Below are positions 8,198-18,242 of a DNA stretch of 64,000 nucleotides, piece by piece. The stretch lies in assembly GCA_049644265.1 (NCBI GenBank), contig JBARRO010000005.1, positions 36,576 to 100,575 of the forward strand, written 5' to 3'. The position numbers and the translations under genes are program-made. How positions within the stretch are numbered: position 1 is the stretch's first letter; every line of letters starts with the position of its first letter. Below the pieces are notes generated by a model that was not told the origin of the DNA, searched no databases, and was given only the letters and a program-made list of their open reading frames with translations. The stretch comes from Bacteroidota bacterium (GTDB lineage Bacteria; Bacteroidota; Ignavibacteria; UBA10030).

Positions 8198-8812
8198 ATG
8201 ATGAAAGGACTGATTCTTGCAGTAGCCATCGGCAGCATCGCAATCGCGCAGGAATCTCATCGATTCTCGATTTCGCCCATCGCTGCCGTCAGCCGGTATG
8301 TCCTGGACGATCATATCACGATCGGACCGATGATCGGAGTTCGATTTCAATCGCGGGAATTCAGCTCGAACGCCGTGGGAGTGTCGCTCGGGGTAATCCT
8401 TCGACCCAACGGCTTCGTGGAGTACGGCTCCGAACCGTTCACCTATCACGACCCCCAACCCCTGTATCAGCTGCAACCGCCGTTGGCAAGCAGAGTGATG
8501 CGTCAAACGCGGTTCGGACTCGGCCTGGGATTTTTTGGCTTCGACTGGCGGACCTATCTGGCTGACGGGGACATCCGACCCTACGTGGGAGCCGGAGCTT
8601 CATTGATTGGGTGGCCTTCGGCAAGCAGCTACGCCGGAACGATCAGCCCCGACATCCACGCCGGCGTTGATGTTCATCTCTCACGCGGCGTCAACGCATT
8701 CGCCGAAGCACAGTATCTCTTCGGCTCGCCGACTCTGTTTGGATCCTCCGGTTCGAGCTTATCGAATATTACAACGCTGGCGCTTGGTATAAGCTTCGCG
8801 CCCCGTTGGTAG
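8198..8812 (+). CDS. Outer-membrane beta-barrel protein, OmpA-like barrel or porin family
   Basis: Signal peptide MMKGLILAVAIGSIAIAQE, alternating amphipathic beta-strand pattern, and a C-terminal aromatic residue (…FAPRW). Confidence 0.55.
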   Translation: MMKGLILAVAIGSIAIAQESHRFSISPIAAVSRYVLDDHITIGPMIGVRFQSREFSSNAVGVSLGVILRPNGFVEYGSEPFTYHDPQPLYQLQPPLASRVMRQTRFGLGLGFFGFDWRTYLADGDIRPYVGAGASLIGWPSASSYAGTISPDIHAGVDVHLSRGVNAFAEAQYLFGSPTLFGSSGSSLSNITTLALGISFAPRW

Positions 8813-8921
8813 ATCAAGATTCCAAAGGGCTCCGGAAATCCCCTCGGGTGTTTCCTTTCGTCGATTGTTCTCCAGCTGACCTTCCCGGGTTAGCCATTGT
8901 TCTGGATTTCTTCAATCCCTC

Positions 8922-9914
8922 ATGAATACCGCAAAACGCGCACTCCAACTCGTTGCTCTCCTCTTCCTTATCCTCCTCGCCGGGGTGCTTGGATACCATC
9001 TCATTGAGGGTTGGTCATGGTTTGATTCTTTCTACATGACTGTTATAACGCTCGCGACGGTGGGGTACGGTGAAACACACCCTCTTTCTACCGCAGGGAG
9101 AGCTTTTACGATTTTTCTCATCATGGGCGGGCTCGGCATCATCCTTACCGCCCTAACCGAAATCACGATCTTCATCGTTGAAGGAGAGATGACCGGTTTT
9201 CTCAGGAGAAGAAAAATGAATCAGGTGATCGGAAAAGTTTCCAACCACTACATCCTCTGCGGCGCCGGAAAAAGCGGCCATCATGTTCTCGAGGAACTTA
9301 CAAGAACAAAGCGGAAAGCCGTTGTTATTGAGTCGGATTCGGAGAAAGTAATCAGGTTGACAGAACAGAAGCATCTCGTGGTGGAGGGCGATGCAACTGA
9401 AGACAGCATCCTGCAGAGCGCAGGTATCGACCGGGCCGCAGGACTTGTCACCACCTTGCCGAACGATCGCGACAATCTGTTTGTGGTCATCACGTCGCGC
9501 GGTTTGAACCCCAAACTCCGGATCGTGGCAAAAGTCGAGGACATCAGCGGGAGGAATAAATTCATTCGAAGCGGTGCGGACGCGGCGATCTCCGCAAACT
9601 TCATCGGCGGGCTCCGCATGGCGTCGGAACTGATGCGGCCCGATGCAGTGAACTTCCTCGACATGATGCTCAGGGATAATTCGGAGCTTCGGGTTGATGA
9701 AGTGCGGATCGGACCTCAGTCGAAGTACAGCGGGAAGTCCCTGGCACACTGCGATGTGTTTGAGTCGGCGGGTGTCATCCTGGTCTCCCTGAAACAGGGT
9801 GACTCATTTAAATTCAACCCCTCACCATCGACGGTGCTCTCTTCCGGGGATACCGCGATCGTGATCGGCAACCCGGAGCAGATCTTCGCTGCAAGGTCCA
9901 AACTAAGCGTCTAG
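8922..9914 (+). CDS. Potassium channel protein with RCK/TrkA domains
   Basis: TVGYG selectivity filter. It is followed by a TrkA-N Rossmann segment (ILCGAGKSGHHV) and a TrkA-C domain. Confidence 0.85.
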   Translation: MNTAKRALQLVALLFLILLAGVLGYHLIEGWSWFDSFYMTVITLATVGYGETHPLSTAGRAFTIFLIMGGLGIILTALTEITIFIVEGEMTGFLRRRKMNQVIGKVSNHYILCGAGKSGHHVLEELTRTKRKAVVIESDSEKVIRLTEQKHLVVEGDATEDSILQSAGIDRAAGLVTTLPNDRDNLFVVITSRGLNPKLRIVAKVEDISGRNKFIRSGADAAISANFIGGLRMASELMRPDAVNFLDMMLRDNSELRVDEVRIGPQSKYSGKSLAHCDVFESAGVILVSLKQGDSFKFNPSPSTVLSSGDTAIVIGNPEQIFAARSKLSV

Positions 9915-9917
9915 ACA

Positions 9918-10060
9918 GAAAACATTGCACAGAGGTCACAGAGAAAAGCAGAGCTCACAGAGGAAGAATTGGATAAAGTAGCCAAAAAAAATCAAACGCC
10001 TTAAACCTCCGTGTTCTCTTCTTTGTGATCTCTGTGCAAGTAAAGACAGAAGCCAAACCT
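9918..10060. repeat. Intergenic heptamer-armed repeat element, family copy C
   Basis: The left arm is gcacagaggtcacagagaaaagcagagctcacagagg. Then comes the A-run gccaaaaaaaatcaaacgccttaaa. The right arm is cctccgtgttctcttctttgtgatctctgtgcaag. Confidence 0.5.
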
Positions 10061-10069
10061 CTCGCCGCC

Positions 10070-11902
10070 TTACCGAAAAGCTTGCTTGTAGCGTCCGTAC
10101 CATGCCTGGGTCTTCTTCCAGAACCCGAATGCATCGGTCCACGGAAACACCTGCGTCCTCCGAATCTCAAAGAAGTCCTCCGAAAAGACCATCGGGCCTG
10201 AATCAGCCGCCACGGCAAATTCATAGCCCGCCTCCTCGACCGCTCTTTTTGCCTCTGCATTGACCGCTCCGTACGGATAGGCGAACGAGACAACGTTCCT
10301 TCCGGTCGTCCGCTCAAGCATCCGCTTTGATTCCGCGAGTTCTTTCCTCACTTGACGTGAACCGACCGAAGTGAGGTTCGGGTGCGTCATGGTGTGCGAA
10401 CCGAATTCAAACCCGGAATCCGCCATTTCGCGTATGTGCCGGTTACTCATCAAAGGCACGCGGGGCTCGTCGGCATCCCAGAAGTTGTTCCTTCGCAGAC
10501 GATCCATAACCATGTAAATGACCGCTGTGAATTGAAACCGTTTGAGGATCGGAAACGCCATCGCGTAATTGTCCTCATAGCCGTCGTCGAATGTGAGAAT
10601 GATCGGCCTCCGGGGAATTCGGACCCCACCGCTCAGCGCCTGTTCATAATCCTGAAATGTCAGCGGGGTAAAACCCCGTCGCTTCAGAGATTCCATCTGG
10701 GCTTCAAATTGGCCGGCCGTGACCCAGAGTCCGTGACGCGAACCCTCCGGCGGCTGCTGAACAACCCGGTGATACATCAGCACCGGAATGGATGACGGAG
10801 ATTTCACCGTAGCCCTTGCCCGCCGGTAAACCTGCCGAACCGCCGGTTCAACCACCGCAATGTCAAACTGCTCCTTGACCCTCCGTTGCAGTTCTCTCCC
10901 TCCGCCTTTCCCCAAGGGTTTTTCCAGAAGACTCTGAAGGTTTCTTGCGACCTGTTCTCCGTCTGTTCTCTGCCGAATTCCCGTGTCTCCGAAATTCGAC
11001 TCCATCGCGGACTGGAAATTCCCTTCATCAATCGGACCGACACAGTGACTTTCCCCGAATGCAACGGTTTGTTTGCCCGCTGCAAGCGACTCGATGGCAA
11101 CCCTTCCTGCACCGATGACAATATCGGCGGTCCGGACAAACGCCTGTACATCTTCCCGGAAACCGTGAAGGTGAATCTTCTCTTTTCCCGACCGCTTGTT
11201 GAAAATTGCGGCGGCAGTTTCAATGTCGTCAGGAGTCTTCACGCCACCCAGAATGTGGAACGACCAGTCTTTCTTTTTTGACAACCTTGGGAGCACATCG
11301 GAAATCAGAAACCTGACAACATCCCCCTTGGGCCCCGAAAGCCGTCCCACGAAAAGAAGCACCTTTGTCGAACTCTTGGCGCCGAAGACCGCGGCTTTCG
11401 AGCGATGACCCCTCCCGGCAACCCAGCGCTTTAGGTCCAGTCCGTTGGGAATCACGACAATCTCTTCAGGACGAAGTCCCAGGTCCGCAACGAGATGTGC
11501 CTTCAAGGTCTGACTGACTACAATCAGGTGCCTGCCGTAGATGCTGAAGGCCTTGCTGCTCGCGTGAATGTGTTGTCTTCCATGGACGGTGGAGACAAAC
11601 GCGGTTCGAGTCCGCCGTGCAGCAACCCAGGACACCCAGCTCGCCGCCCTGGAATGCGCATGAATGACATCAATTCCCCGGGACCGGATGATCTCTGTCA
11701 GGAACGCGATATTTTTCCAGCGTTGAGGATACGATCGCCTGCCGATGGGATGTTGGATGTACTCACCTGCAAAGGGTGTCGTGAGCGTGTCCGAGACAAT
11801 CGTCACCGTATCTCCGCGTCTCTGTTGGGCGGCGGCCAGAGTTACCGCGTACACCTCCGCCCCTGTGACTTCAAACTGTGAGAGGACGTGAAGGATTTTC
11901 AT
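10070..11902 (-). CDS. Fusion of a family-4 glycosyltransferase (GT4) with a polysaccharide deacetylase (NodB/CE4)
   Basis: The N-terminal ~370 aa look like GT4 (group 1 glycosyltransferase). The C-terminal ~230 aa carry the NodB motifs TFDDGYEDN and HTMTHPNL. Confidence 0.8.
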   Translation of the reverse strand: MKILHVLSQFEVTGAEVYAVTLAAAQQRRGDTVTIVSDTLTTPFAGEYIQHPIGRRSYPQRWKNIAFLTEIIRSRGIDVIHAHSRAASWVSWVAARRTRTAFVSTVHGRQHIHASSKAFSIYGRHLIVVSQTLKAHLVADLGLRPEEIVVIPNGLDLKRWVAGRGHRSKAAVFGAKSSTKVLLFVGRLSGPKGDVVRFLISDVLPRLSKKKDWSFHILGGVKTPDDIETAAAIFNKRSGKEKIHLHGFREDVQAFVRTADIVIGAGRVAIESLAAGKQTVAFGESHCVGPIDEGNFQSAMESNFGDTGIRQRTDGEQVARNLQSLLEKPLGKGGGRELQRRVKEQFDIAVVEPAVRQVYRRARATVKSPSSIPVLMYHRVVQQPPEGSRHGLWVTAGQFEAQMESLKRRGFTPLTFQDYEQALSGGVRIPRRPIILTFDDGYEDNYAMAFPILKRFQFTAVIYMVMDRLRRNNFWDADEPRVPLMSNRHIREMADSGFEFGSHTMTHPNLTSVGSRQVRKELAESKRMLERTTGRNVVSFAYPYGAVNAEAKRAVEEAGYEFAVAADSGPMVFSEDFFEIRRTQVFPWTDAFGFWKKTQAWYGRYKQAFR

Positions 11903-11964
11903 TTAATTACTAAACCGCGCGGGAGGATAGGATAAAAGGGGATTATCGGGGAGGAAGGTAACAA

Positions 11965-12010
11965 TAACAAAGCGCTAAACTCTTCGTGTCCTTAGTGTGC
12001 TTCGTGGTAG
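11965..12010. repeat. Intergenic heptamer repeat element, family copy E (single arm)
   Basis: aacaataacaaagcgctaaactcttcgtgtccttagtgtgcttcgtggtagtgag. Confidence 0.4.
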
Positions 12011-12032
12011 TGAGCCCATCATAGGAGTTTTT

Positions 12033-12070
12033 TGGAAAAAAAGAAAGCGGCCCCGGTTTCCCGGAGCCGC
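12033..12070 (-). terminator. Rho-independent terminator of the KMEKK-repeat gene
   Basis: The minus strand reads ggcggctccgggaaaccggggccgc, a GC-rich hairpin, followed by tttcttttttt. Confidence 0.6.
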
Positions 12071-12108
12071 CTTGTCTAAGAACTTCAGAAGACGACTTAC
12101 CTCTTGTC

Positions 12109-12414
12109 TTACTTCTTCTCCATCTTCTCCTCAGCCTTCTTCTGCATCGCCTCGCCCTTCTTCTGCATCGCCTCGCCCTTCTTCTCCATTTTCTTTCCCT
12201 TCTTCTGCATCTTCTTTCCCTTCTTTTCCATCTTCTTTCCTTCCATCTTGTCGGCCTTCTTCTCCATCTTCTCGCCAGCCTTCTCCATCTTCTCACCCTT
12301 CATTTCCTTCTTCTCACCCTTCTTCTCCACCTTTTCCTGCTTCTCCTGGGCAAAGCCTGTCTGCGCCGCGAGAACTGCAACCGCGAGCGTCAAAACGATG
12401 AATAATTTCCGCAT
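12109..12414 (-). CDS. Secreted low-complexity Lys/Glu/Met-rich repeat protein with KMEKKGE-type tandem repeats
   Basis: ATG 12414 is preceded by GGAGGA. The signal peptide MRKLFIVLTLAVAVLAAQTGFAQE is followed by about 10 repeats of (K/E)KMEKKGE. The DNA carries the exact tandem 21-mer ttcttctgcatcgcctcgccc, twice. Confidence 0.55.
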   Translation of the reverse strand: MRKLFIVLTLAVAVLAAQTGFAQEKQEKVEKKGEKKEMKGEKMEKAGEKMEKKADKMEGKKMEKKGKKMQKKGKKMEKKGEAMQKKGEAMQKKAEEKMEKK

Positions 12415-12578
12415 GGTGAATCCTCCGAAGGTGTTATGGTTGAACTAAACGGAACATCCTTTTTTTGCAGGCCTATGGTACCCAACTCCAATCTGAAAGT
12501 CAAGAAAGGTTCGGATTAAATTTTATTAACACATACATGAACCGACAGTATTCTACCGGTGTTGAATTCCACGATAAG

Positions 12579-13748
12579 TCACGCCCGCAAGAGGGCCTCC
12601 ATTCTGCTCACTGCGTCCCGATAGATCGTATCTTCCGGTAACAGACTGACAACCAAACACGCTTCTTGTTGCATGTCAAACAAATGACCGGGATGAACGA
12701 GCACGCCTTTGGACTTGAGAAGTTCCAGCGCCCATTCTTCGTCGCTTTTCGTTCGGGGGAATTGAAGGATCGCGTTCCAGCCTCCGTCGCAACGAAGCAC
12801 TGAGACGGCGGAGGGCGGTGAGAATACTTGTCGCAGGATATCCAGATTCCCCCGGGCACGCTTCACGATCCGGCTTGTCATGCTTCCGGCCGACTCGAGA
12901 AGCTTGGGCAAGGCCTGCTGTAACGGCGTGTTGACCGATAGATAGGTGTCCGCGATAACCTCCAGACGCTGCAGGGCCCCGCTTCTCTCCGCCGGGGGAC
13001 CGTTCACGACAACCCACGAGAGTTTTAGTTGTGGAAGGGCAAGAAGTTTCGAGAGTCCGTTCAGCGTAAATGCCAACACCGATTGTTCCTGTGCAAACGA
13101 GGGTGCGCGACGGGAATTCTCACCGAATGAAAACGCACCGAACACTTCATCGGAGATGATTGCAAGCGAGTGTCTTTTCGCAATCGTTCGGATCTCGGCG
13201 AGCTCCTCAGACGTTATCCATGAACCGGTGGGGTTGTTGGGATGCACGAGTACCAGGATTCGGGCTCCGTCACCGAGTTGTTCCTTCAGGGATTCGAGGT
13301 CTACATGCCATTCACCGTCGTAGATCAGTCGGTAGAATCCGATTGTGACATCGTTGAGCTGGGCGAGGTACTCCAGGAGAGGATATCCTGGTTTTGGAAC
13401 AAGGATCTTCTCTCCCGGGTTGCAGAGAAGGCGAAAGAGAAACGAATAGGCTTCGCTCGTGCTTGCGGTCACGACGACCTGGCTGCTTTCAATATTCATC
13501 CCGAGGCCCTTGTAGAATTTCTGCACGGCGCTCCGTGCAACATTCAGACCTTTCGGATCGGGCGAGTAGATATGTGCAGCGTCTTGTGAAAGTGCTTCAA
13601 CGAAGGGAGAGAGGTCGTTCTGCAATCCACAGTGAGTCGGGTTGGATTCGGTGAGATCGATAACCCGTTCTCCCCGGGAACGCATTTGTTCCAGGAGCTT
13701 TGTAAGGGGGTTCGGCTGGAAGTTCCACTGCGTGCGGGAGGAAAACAT
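12579..13748 (-). CDS. PLP-dependent aminotransferase, class I/II
   Basis: Aminotransferase fold over 389 aa. It contains the conserved NPTG motif and a lysine-bearing SKxxxLPxLK segment. Confidence 0.8.
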   Translation of the reverse strand: MFSSRTQWNFQPNPLTKLLEQMRSRGERVIDLTESNPTHCGLQNDLSPFVEALSQDAAHIYSPDPKGLNVARSAVQKFYKGLGMNIESSQVVVTASTSEAYSFLFRLLCNPGEKILVPKPGYPLLEYLAQLNDVTIGFYRLIYDGEWHVDLESLKEQLGDGARILVLVHPNNPTGSWITSEELAEIRTIAKRHSLAIISDEVFGAFSFGENSRRAPSFAQEQSVLAFTLNGLSKLLALPQLKLSWVVVNGPPAERSGALQRLEVIADTYLSVNTPLQQALPKLLESAGSMTSRIVKRARGNLDILRQVFSPPSAVSVLRCDGGWNAILQFPRTKSDEEWALELLKSKGVLVHPGHLFDMQQEACLVVSLLPEDTIYRDAVSRMEALLRA

Positions 13749-13881
13749 GAGGGATCTGGCGGTCAGCTTTCAGCAGTCAGCGATCAATAGTGGAGTGGAG
13801 TGGAGTACCAGATTCAACGTGCAACGGGGGAACGGAGCATCGGAGCAATCGCGCCTCACTCCTCCAACTCCCTCCACAAAC

Positions 13882-15744
13882 CTACACCTCCACAACCTCT
13901 GCTTTCTTCTTCGACATTCTGTTCCGCTCGTTGTGGTCGAGATACTTCTTCCGCAGTCGAATAGTTTTCGGCGTCACTTCGACGTATTCATCATCGCCGA
14001 TCCATTCAATCGCCTGCTCGAGCGTCAACAAGTGCGGGGGTTCAAGCCGTACTGCTTCATCGGAGCCGGAAGCGCGCATATTGGTCAGCTGTTTTGTTTT
14101 GCAGACATTGACCACCATGTCGTACTCACGGGAGTTTTCGCCAACGATCATTCCAGCGTACACATGCATTCCGGGCTCAATAAAAAATGTCGAGCGTTCC
14201 TGGAGTTTCCACATCCCGTAGGCAACGGATTCCCCGTTCTCGAGCACAACCAGTGCTCCCTTCATCCGATGAGCCAGGTCGCCTTTATAGGGTTCGTAGC
14301 CATGGAAGTTGTGGTGGAGAACTCCCGTTCCTTTTGTCTGCGTCATGAACTCGCCACGAAATCCGATGAGGCCACGCGCCGGGACGAGGAACTCAACCCT
14401 CGTGTTCCCCAACGACTGAATCATGTTCCGCATTTCCCCTTTTCGGCGACCGAGGTTTTCAATGACAGAGCCAACGTATTCGTCCGGTACGTCTATGATG
14501 ACATGTTCGATCGGCTCGGAGAGCACATCGGCGATTCGTTTGTAGATCACCTCGGGGCGGGAGACCTGGAATTCGTATCCTTCGCGGCGCATCGTTTCGA
14601 TAAGGATGGCCAGATGAAGCTCTCCGCGCCCGCTGACTCTGAAAATGTCGGGAGAGTCTGTTAATTCAACGCGGAGGGCCACATTCGACCGCAGTTCGCG
14701 TTGCAGCCGCTCGCCCAGGTGCCGCGTCGTCACGTATTTGCCGTCCAGTCCGGCAAACGGTGAATTATTGACGATAAAATTCATCGAGAGCGTTGGCTCC
14801 TCGATGGAAACAAAGTGAATTGCCGTGGGGTCGGATGCGTCAGCGATGGTCTCGCCGATGTCGACGTCTTCCATGCCGGCTATCGCGATAATATCCCCCG
14901 CATGGGCTTCCGTGACTTCAACGCGTTTCAGTCCCTCAAAAGAATAGATCTTCGTCACCCGGGCGTCTTCAACCGTTTTGTCCCGGTGAATAATCTTCAT
15001 CGGGGAGCCGAGCCGGATGGTGCCACGAAAGATTCGTCCGATCCCGAGACGGCCCAGGTAGTCGCTGTAGTCAATGGTGGTGACGAGCATTTGAAAGGGT
15101 GCCGTGGCATCCCCCGGAGGAGGCGGGACTTTATGGATAATCGCCTCAAACAGAGGTTCGAGGGAATTACTCTCCTGATCCAACTCGCGCTTCGCGATAC
15201 CCTGCTTGGCGATGGAATAAATGATCGGAAAATCCAGTTGATGGTCGTGGGCGCCGAGGGAAAGAAAGAGCTCGAACACCTCATCGAGGACTTCATGAGC
15301 CCGTGCGTCTTTTCGGTCAATCTTGTTGATGACGACGATCGGCTGCAGATTCAGCTCAAGAGATTTCTTGAGAACGAATTTCGTTCCCGGGAGAGGGCCT
15401 TCGGCAGCGTCGACAAGCAACAGCACGCCGTCGACCATCATCAGGGTGCGCTCAACCTCCCCGGCAAAATCCGAGTGGCCGGGAGTGTCGACGATGTTGA
15501 TCTTGTACGTTCGTTTTTCCTTGTCGGATTTGTAGAACACCGAGGTGTTCTTTGCCAGGATCGTTATTCCACGTTCCTTCTCCAGCTCATTCGAATCCAT
15601 GACACGAGTCCCCATGTCCTGGTTCGCACGGAACGTGCCGGTTTGCCGGAGCATAAAATCCACCAGCGTCGTCTTCCCGTGGTCGACGTGCGCAATTATG
15701 GCTATATTCCGAATATCTTCTCTCCGCTCCACCATACTATTCAT
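13882..15744 (-). CDS. typA: Translational GTPase TypA/BipA
   Basis: G1 motif AHVDHGKTTL with EF-G-like domains. The start is placed at ATG 15744 (MNSMVERREDIRNIAIIAHVDHGKT); the track start 15894 adds an unlikely 50-aa extension. Confidence 0.9.
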   Translation of the reverse strand: MNSMVERREDIRNIAIIAHVDHGKTTLVDFMLRQTGTFRANQDMGTRVMDSNELEKERGITILAKNTSVFYKSDKEKRTYKINIVDTPGHSDFAGEVERTLMMVDGVLLLVDAAEGPLPGTKFVLKKSLELNLQPIVVINKIDRKDARAHEVLDEVFELFLSLGAHDHQLDFPIIYSIAKQGIAKRELDQESNSLEPLFEAIIHKVPPPPGDATAPFQMLVTTIDYSDYLGRLGIGRIFRGTIRLGSPMKIIHRDKTVEDARVTKIYSFEGLKRVEVTEAHAGDIIAIAGMEDVDIGETIADASDPTAIHFVSIEEPTLSMNFIVNNSPFAGLDGKYVTTRHLGERLQRELRSNVALRVELTDSPDIFRVSGRGELHLAILIETMRREGYEFQVSRPEVIYKRIADVLSEPIEHVIIDVPDEYVGSVIENLGRRKGEMRNMIQSLGNTRVEFLVPARGLIGFRGEFMTQTKGTGVLHHNFHGYEPYKGDLAHRMKGALVVLENGESVAYGMWKLQERSTFFIEPGMHVYAGMIVGENSREYDMVVNVCKTKQLTNMRASGSDEAVRLEPPHLLTLEQAIEWIGDDEYVEVTPKTIRLRKKYLDHNERNRMSKKKAEVVEV

Positions 15745-15902
15745 CCTGCCAATCCTGTCCGCTTGTAACCCGGTTTGTGACTCACCTTCTCTCCTTCTCG
15801 CACGCTCATCATTCCCATAAGTCGCATCCGTGTAAATTTGTGCGTATCCGTGGGTATCTGCGAAAAAAGAAAATGCCTCAGATTCCTGAGGCATTTATAA
15901 GA

Positions 15903-15993
15903 TACGAAATCTTGGGCTAAAAACAAAGAGGACCGCGGAACACACAGAACACACGGAAGAAAGTTTTCTACAACCTCTTCCGCATCTTTCCGT
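15903..15993. repeat. Intergenic heptamer-armed repeat element, family copy D
   Basis: ggaacacacagaacacacggaagaaag as the complementary arm, and cctcttccgcatctttccgtgtgtttcgtgggc as the right arm. Confidence 0.45.
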
Positions 15994-16029
15994 GTGTTTC
16001 GTGGGCATTTCCATTCCGCAGACAAACAA

Positions 16030-16060
16030 AAAGGCTGACTCCTTCCGGAATCAGCCTTTC
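16030..16060 (-). terminator. Rho-independent terminator after the outer-membrane protein gene
   Basis: aggctgactccttccggaatcagcct hairpin, with a T-run on the minus strand (ttttgtttgtc). Confidence 0.55.
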
Positions 16061-16082
16061 TTTGAATCAGATTATCAGATTG

Positions 16083-17075
16083 CTAGCGAATGGTAATGCC
16101 AACGCCAACTGCTGCAACCTGTGTTTTCGCAAGACTGTACTCTGCATGGACGTTGATAAAGAGCAGCAACAATCGAACCCCAAATGTAACCCTTGAAGAA
16201 TTGGGGCTATCGACTGTGAAGTCTCTGACGGTGATCGTCTGCGTTGTTCCACCCTGCTGAACCTTTGCCGTGTATGGTCCCACGGTGAAAGAAGCTTTTT
16301 CAAGCTGGAACCCGCCATAGACGGTCAGGATAAACAACTTTTTGCTTACCTCGACGCCATATGCCATGGCAGAGGCGGAGATCAGGTTATTATCGCTGGA
16401 ATCTTTGAAGTTGAACTTTTGAGTCATGAAATGAACCGCGATATCGACGGGGAAGAGCGGCAGCCATTGATCGATGTCGTAGCGCAATCCAAATCCAACG
16501 AAATTCACCTTTCCGGCATCGCTGAGCTTTACGGTTGGAATGAACCGGCCCATAACCTCAAGACCGAACGGGAGTCCGATATTTAGCTGGGGTGCTGCAA
16601 TCGGCGCACCTGAAAGATTCAGACCTCCCGGCAAACGCATCACTTCAACTTTTCCGCCCGGAGCGAAGGGTTCATTTACATACACTGATACGTCGCCTTC
16701 CGGCCCTGCAACTGTCGGTGCATTCACGGTGGCGGGATAGTCGGTTCCGCGGTTGTAGGTCTTCGTAATCGGACCGGATGAATACGAGATTGATGCGGGC
16801 ATCTGGAAGGAGTAGAATTTATCCTCATCCTTGAACCCCGCGAGCATAACTTTCACTCCGACGTCGAAACCAAGAATGTCATGCAAATCTGCTGAGTGAT
16901 AGAATGCCGAGTTAAGACCAGCACCCCAGCCAGCTAACAGCGGTGAAGTCCAACCCTTTGCCGCATCGAGGCCCATCTTGGAAAGTTGCGATCCGACATC
17001 CTGCGATCGGGCAACCGTTCCCATCAATACAACTGCCACTACCAATACCCCCAACCGGTGTGCAAATGATTTCAT
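16083..17075 (-). CDS. Hypothetical outer-membrane or secreted protein with a signal peptide
   Basis: MKSFAHRLGVLVVAVVLMGTVARSQD signal peptide. The beta-rich composition ends in a C-terminal aromatic-rich strand. Confidence 0.5.
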   Translation of the reverse strand: MKSFAHRLGVLVVAVVLMGTVARSQDVGSQLSKMGLDAAKGWTSPLLAGWGAGLNSAFYHSADLHDILGFDVGVKVMLAGFKDEDKFYSFQMPASISYSSGPITKTYNRGTDYPATVNAPTVAGPEGDVSVYVNEPFAPGGKVEVMRLPGGLNLSGAPIAAPQLNIGLPFGLEVMGRFIPTVKLSDAGKVNFVGFGLRYDIDQWLPLFPVDIAVHFMTQKFNFKDSSDNNLISASAMAYGVEVSKKLFILTVYGGFQLEKASFTVGPYTAKVQQGGTTQTITVRDFTVDSPNSSRVTFGVRLLLLFINVHAEYSLAKTQVAAVGVGITIR

Positions 17076-17334
17076 TTGAATCCTCCCGAGTTGTTAGAAA
17101 TAAAGATGTGATTAAAGCTTGTGGCCTGCGTTTTTGATCCCCCGTTGACCCGCAAGTCGATTTAATGTTCCACAAATATAGGAGAAGATAGCCCAGAAGC
17201 AACTATTGTCCCGTGAAAACGGTCTGGCTGTGTCTTGGCGCAATGTCCCTTCATGTCCGGAATCACATCCTTGTCATCTCAAACATCGATGTGCAACAAT
17301 GATTCGCCACCCAATGTCTCAAAAAAAGTCAGTT

Positions 17335-18066
17335 CTATTTCTTGTCATCGTCAAGATACTTTCCGAACAGCGGCGCAATTTCATCGAGGTCCTTCTTCAA
17401 CGAAAACCGGATTGCATCGCCGAACGTGTTGAGGACGATTACGGCGTTGACGTTTGCATCAAAGCTCGATGCTTTGGACAGACGCGCCCAGAGTCCTTTG
17501 TTGACCTTCGCAATATCTTTGTACAGCTCGACCAGTTTCTCCATCTTCCAGTCCGGGTCCTTCCCGTTCTGCATCCGGAAAAACTGCGCGATCAGATACA
17601 TCGAGACGGTCCGGTAAATGCTTTCCATTGCCGTCGCAAACGGAAGATGCATGCGTACCATCGGCCGAAGGTTGTCGAGCACGGGGCAGTTGCTCGTCAC
17701 CATGTAGATCCCCATGATCGATGCAAGGCCGTTTTGCACCGACGTTTCTTGTGCGTACGTTCGTTCGGGCGCCTCAACCACCACCCAGGTCTTGTCGTAG
17801 GAGGTCGAGAACTTGAATTCGTCGACCAAATGCGAGAGGTTCACCGCAACGGGACAGTATTCCTCACTGTCGCCGAGTGGACAGTTCTCGCACTGCTGGT
17901 ATTTCAGCTTCGTCCACTCCGGTCTGTGGGGAACGGGACTCTTCAGCAGCTGCAGTGTCCGCGCATCAAGAAGCGCGTCAAATTGTTTCTCGGTTCCATC
18001 GTCAAACTGGAACTTGTACCGGAATCTGATGGTGTTGGTAAATTCGGTTTCGGACATGTCCTTCAT
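17335..18066 (-). CDS. Hypothetical protein
   Basis: 243 aa with a CENCPLGDSEEYCP motif. I recognise no family. Confidence 0.45.
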   Translation of the reverse strand: MKDMSETEFTNTIRFRYKFQFDDGTEKQFDALLDARTLQLLKSPVPHRPEWTKLKYQQCENCPLGDSEEYCPVAVNLSHLVDEFKFSTSYDKTWVVVEAPERTYAQETSVQNGLASIMGIYMVTSNCPVLDNLRPMVRMHLPFATAMESIYRTVSMYLIAQFFRMQNGKDPDWKMEKLVELYKDIAKVNKGLWARLSKASSFDANVNAVIVLNTFGDAIRFSLKKDLDEIAPLFGKYLDDDKK

Positions 18067-18242
18067 GCATCACGGGGACGCGAGATGGAAGAAACGGGAG
18101 GGCGTGAAAATGCGCGAGGAATGCCACCCGCCCGTGGCAATTTGACTTCAAACATAAGAAATCCTTGCAGTTGAAGCAATCGAACAATAAATTTGGGCTA
18201 TTAATTCAGGTCTGTTCCTTACACCGTCAGGAGAGAGAGAAA

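Noticed and set aside
11943-12448. Several overlapping ORFs in other frames and strands across the KMEKK repeat, and a possible CRISPR-like array
   Set aside because: Repetitive coding DNA opens multiple frames. Only the minus-strand frame has a Shine-Dalgarno, a signal peptide and a terminator. The repeats are contiguous in-frame 21/24-nt units with no unique spacers, so this is not CRISPR.
14815-15768. 317-aa ORF on the plus strand
   Set aside because: It is antisense to typA/bipA, which has unmistakable GTPase motifs. It is a shadow ORF.
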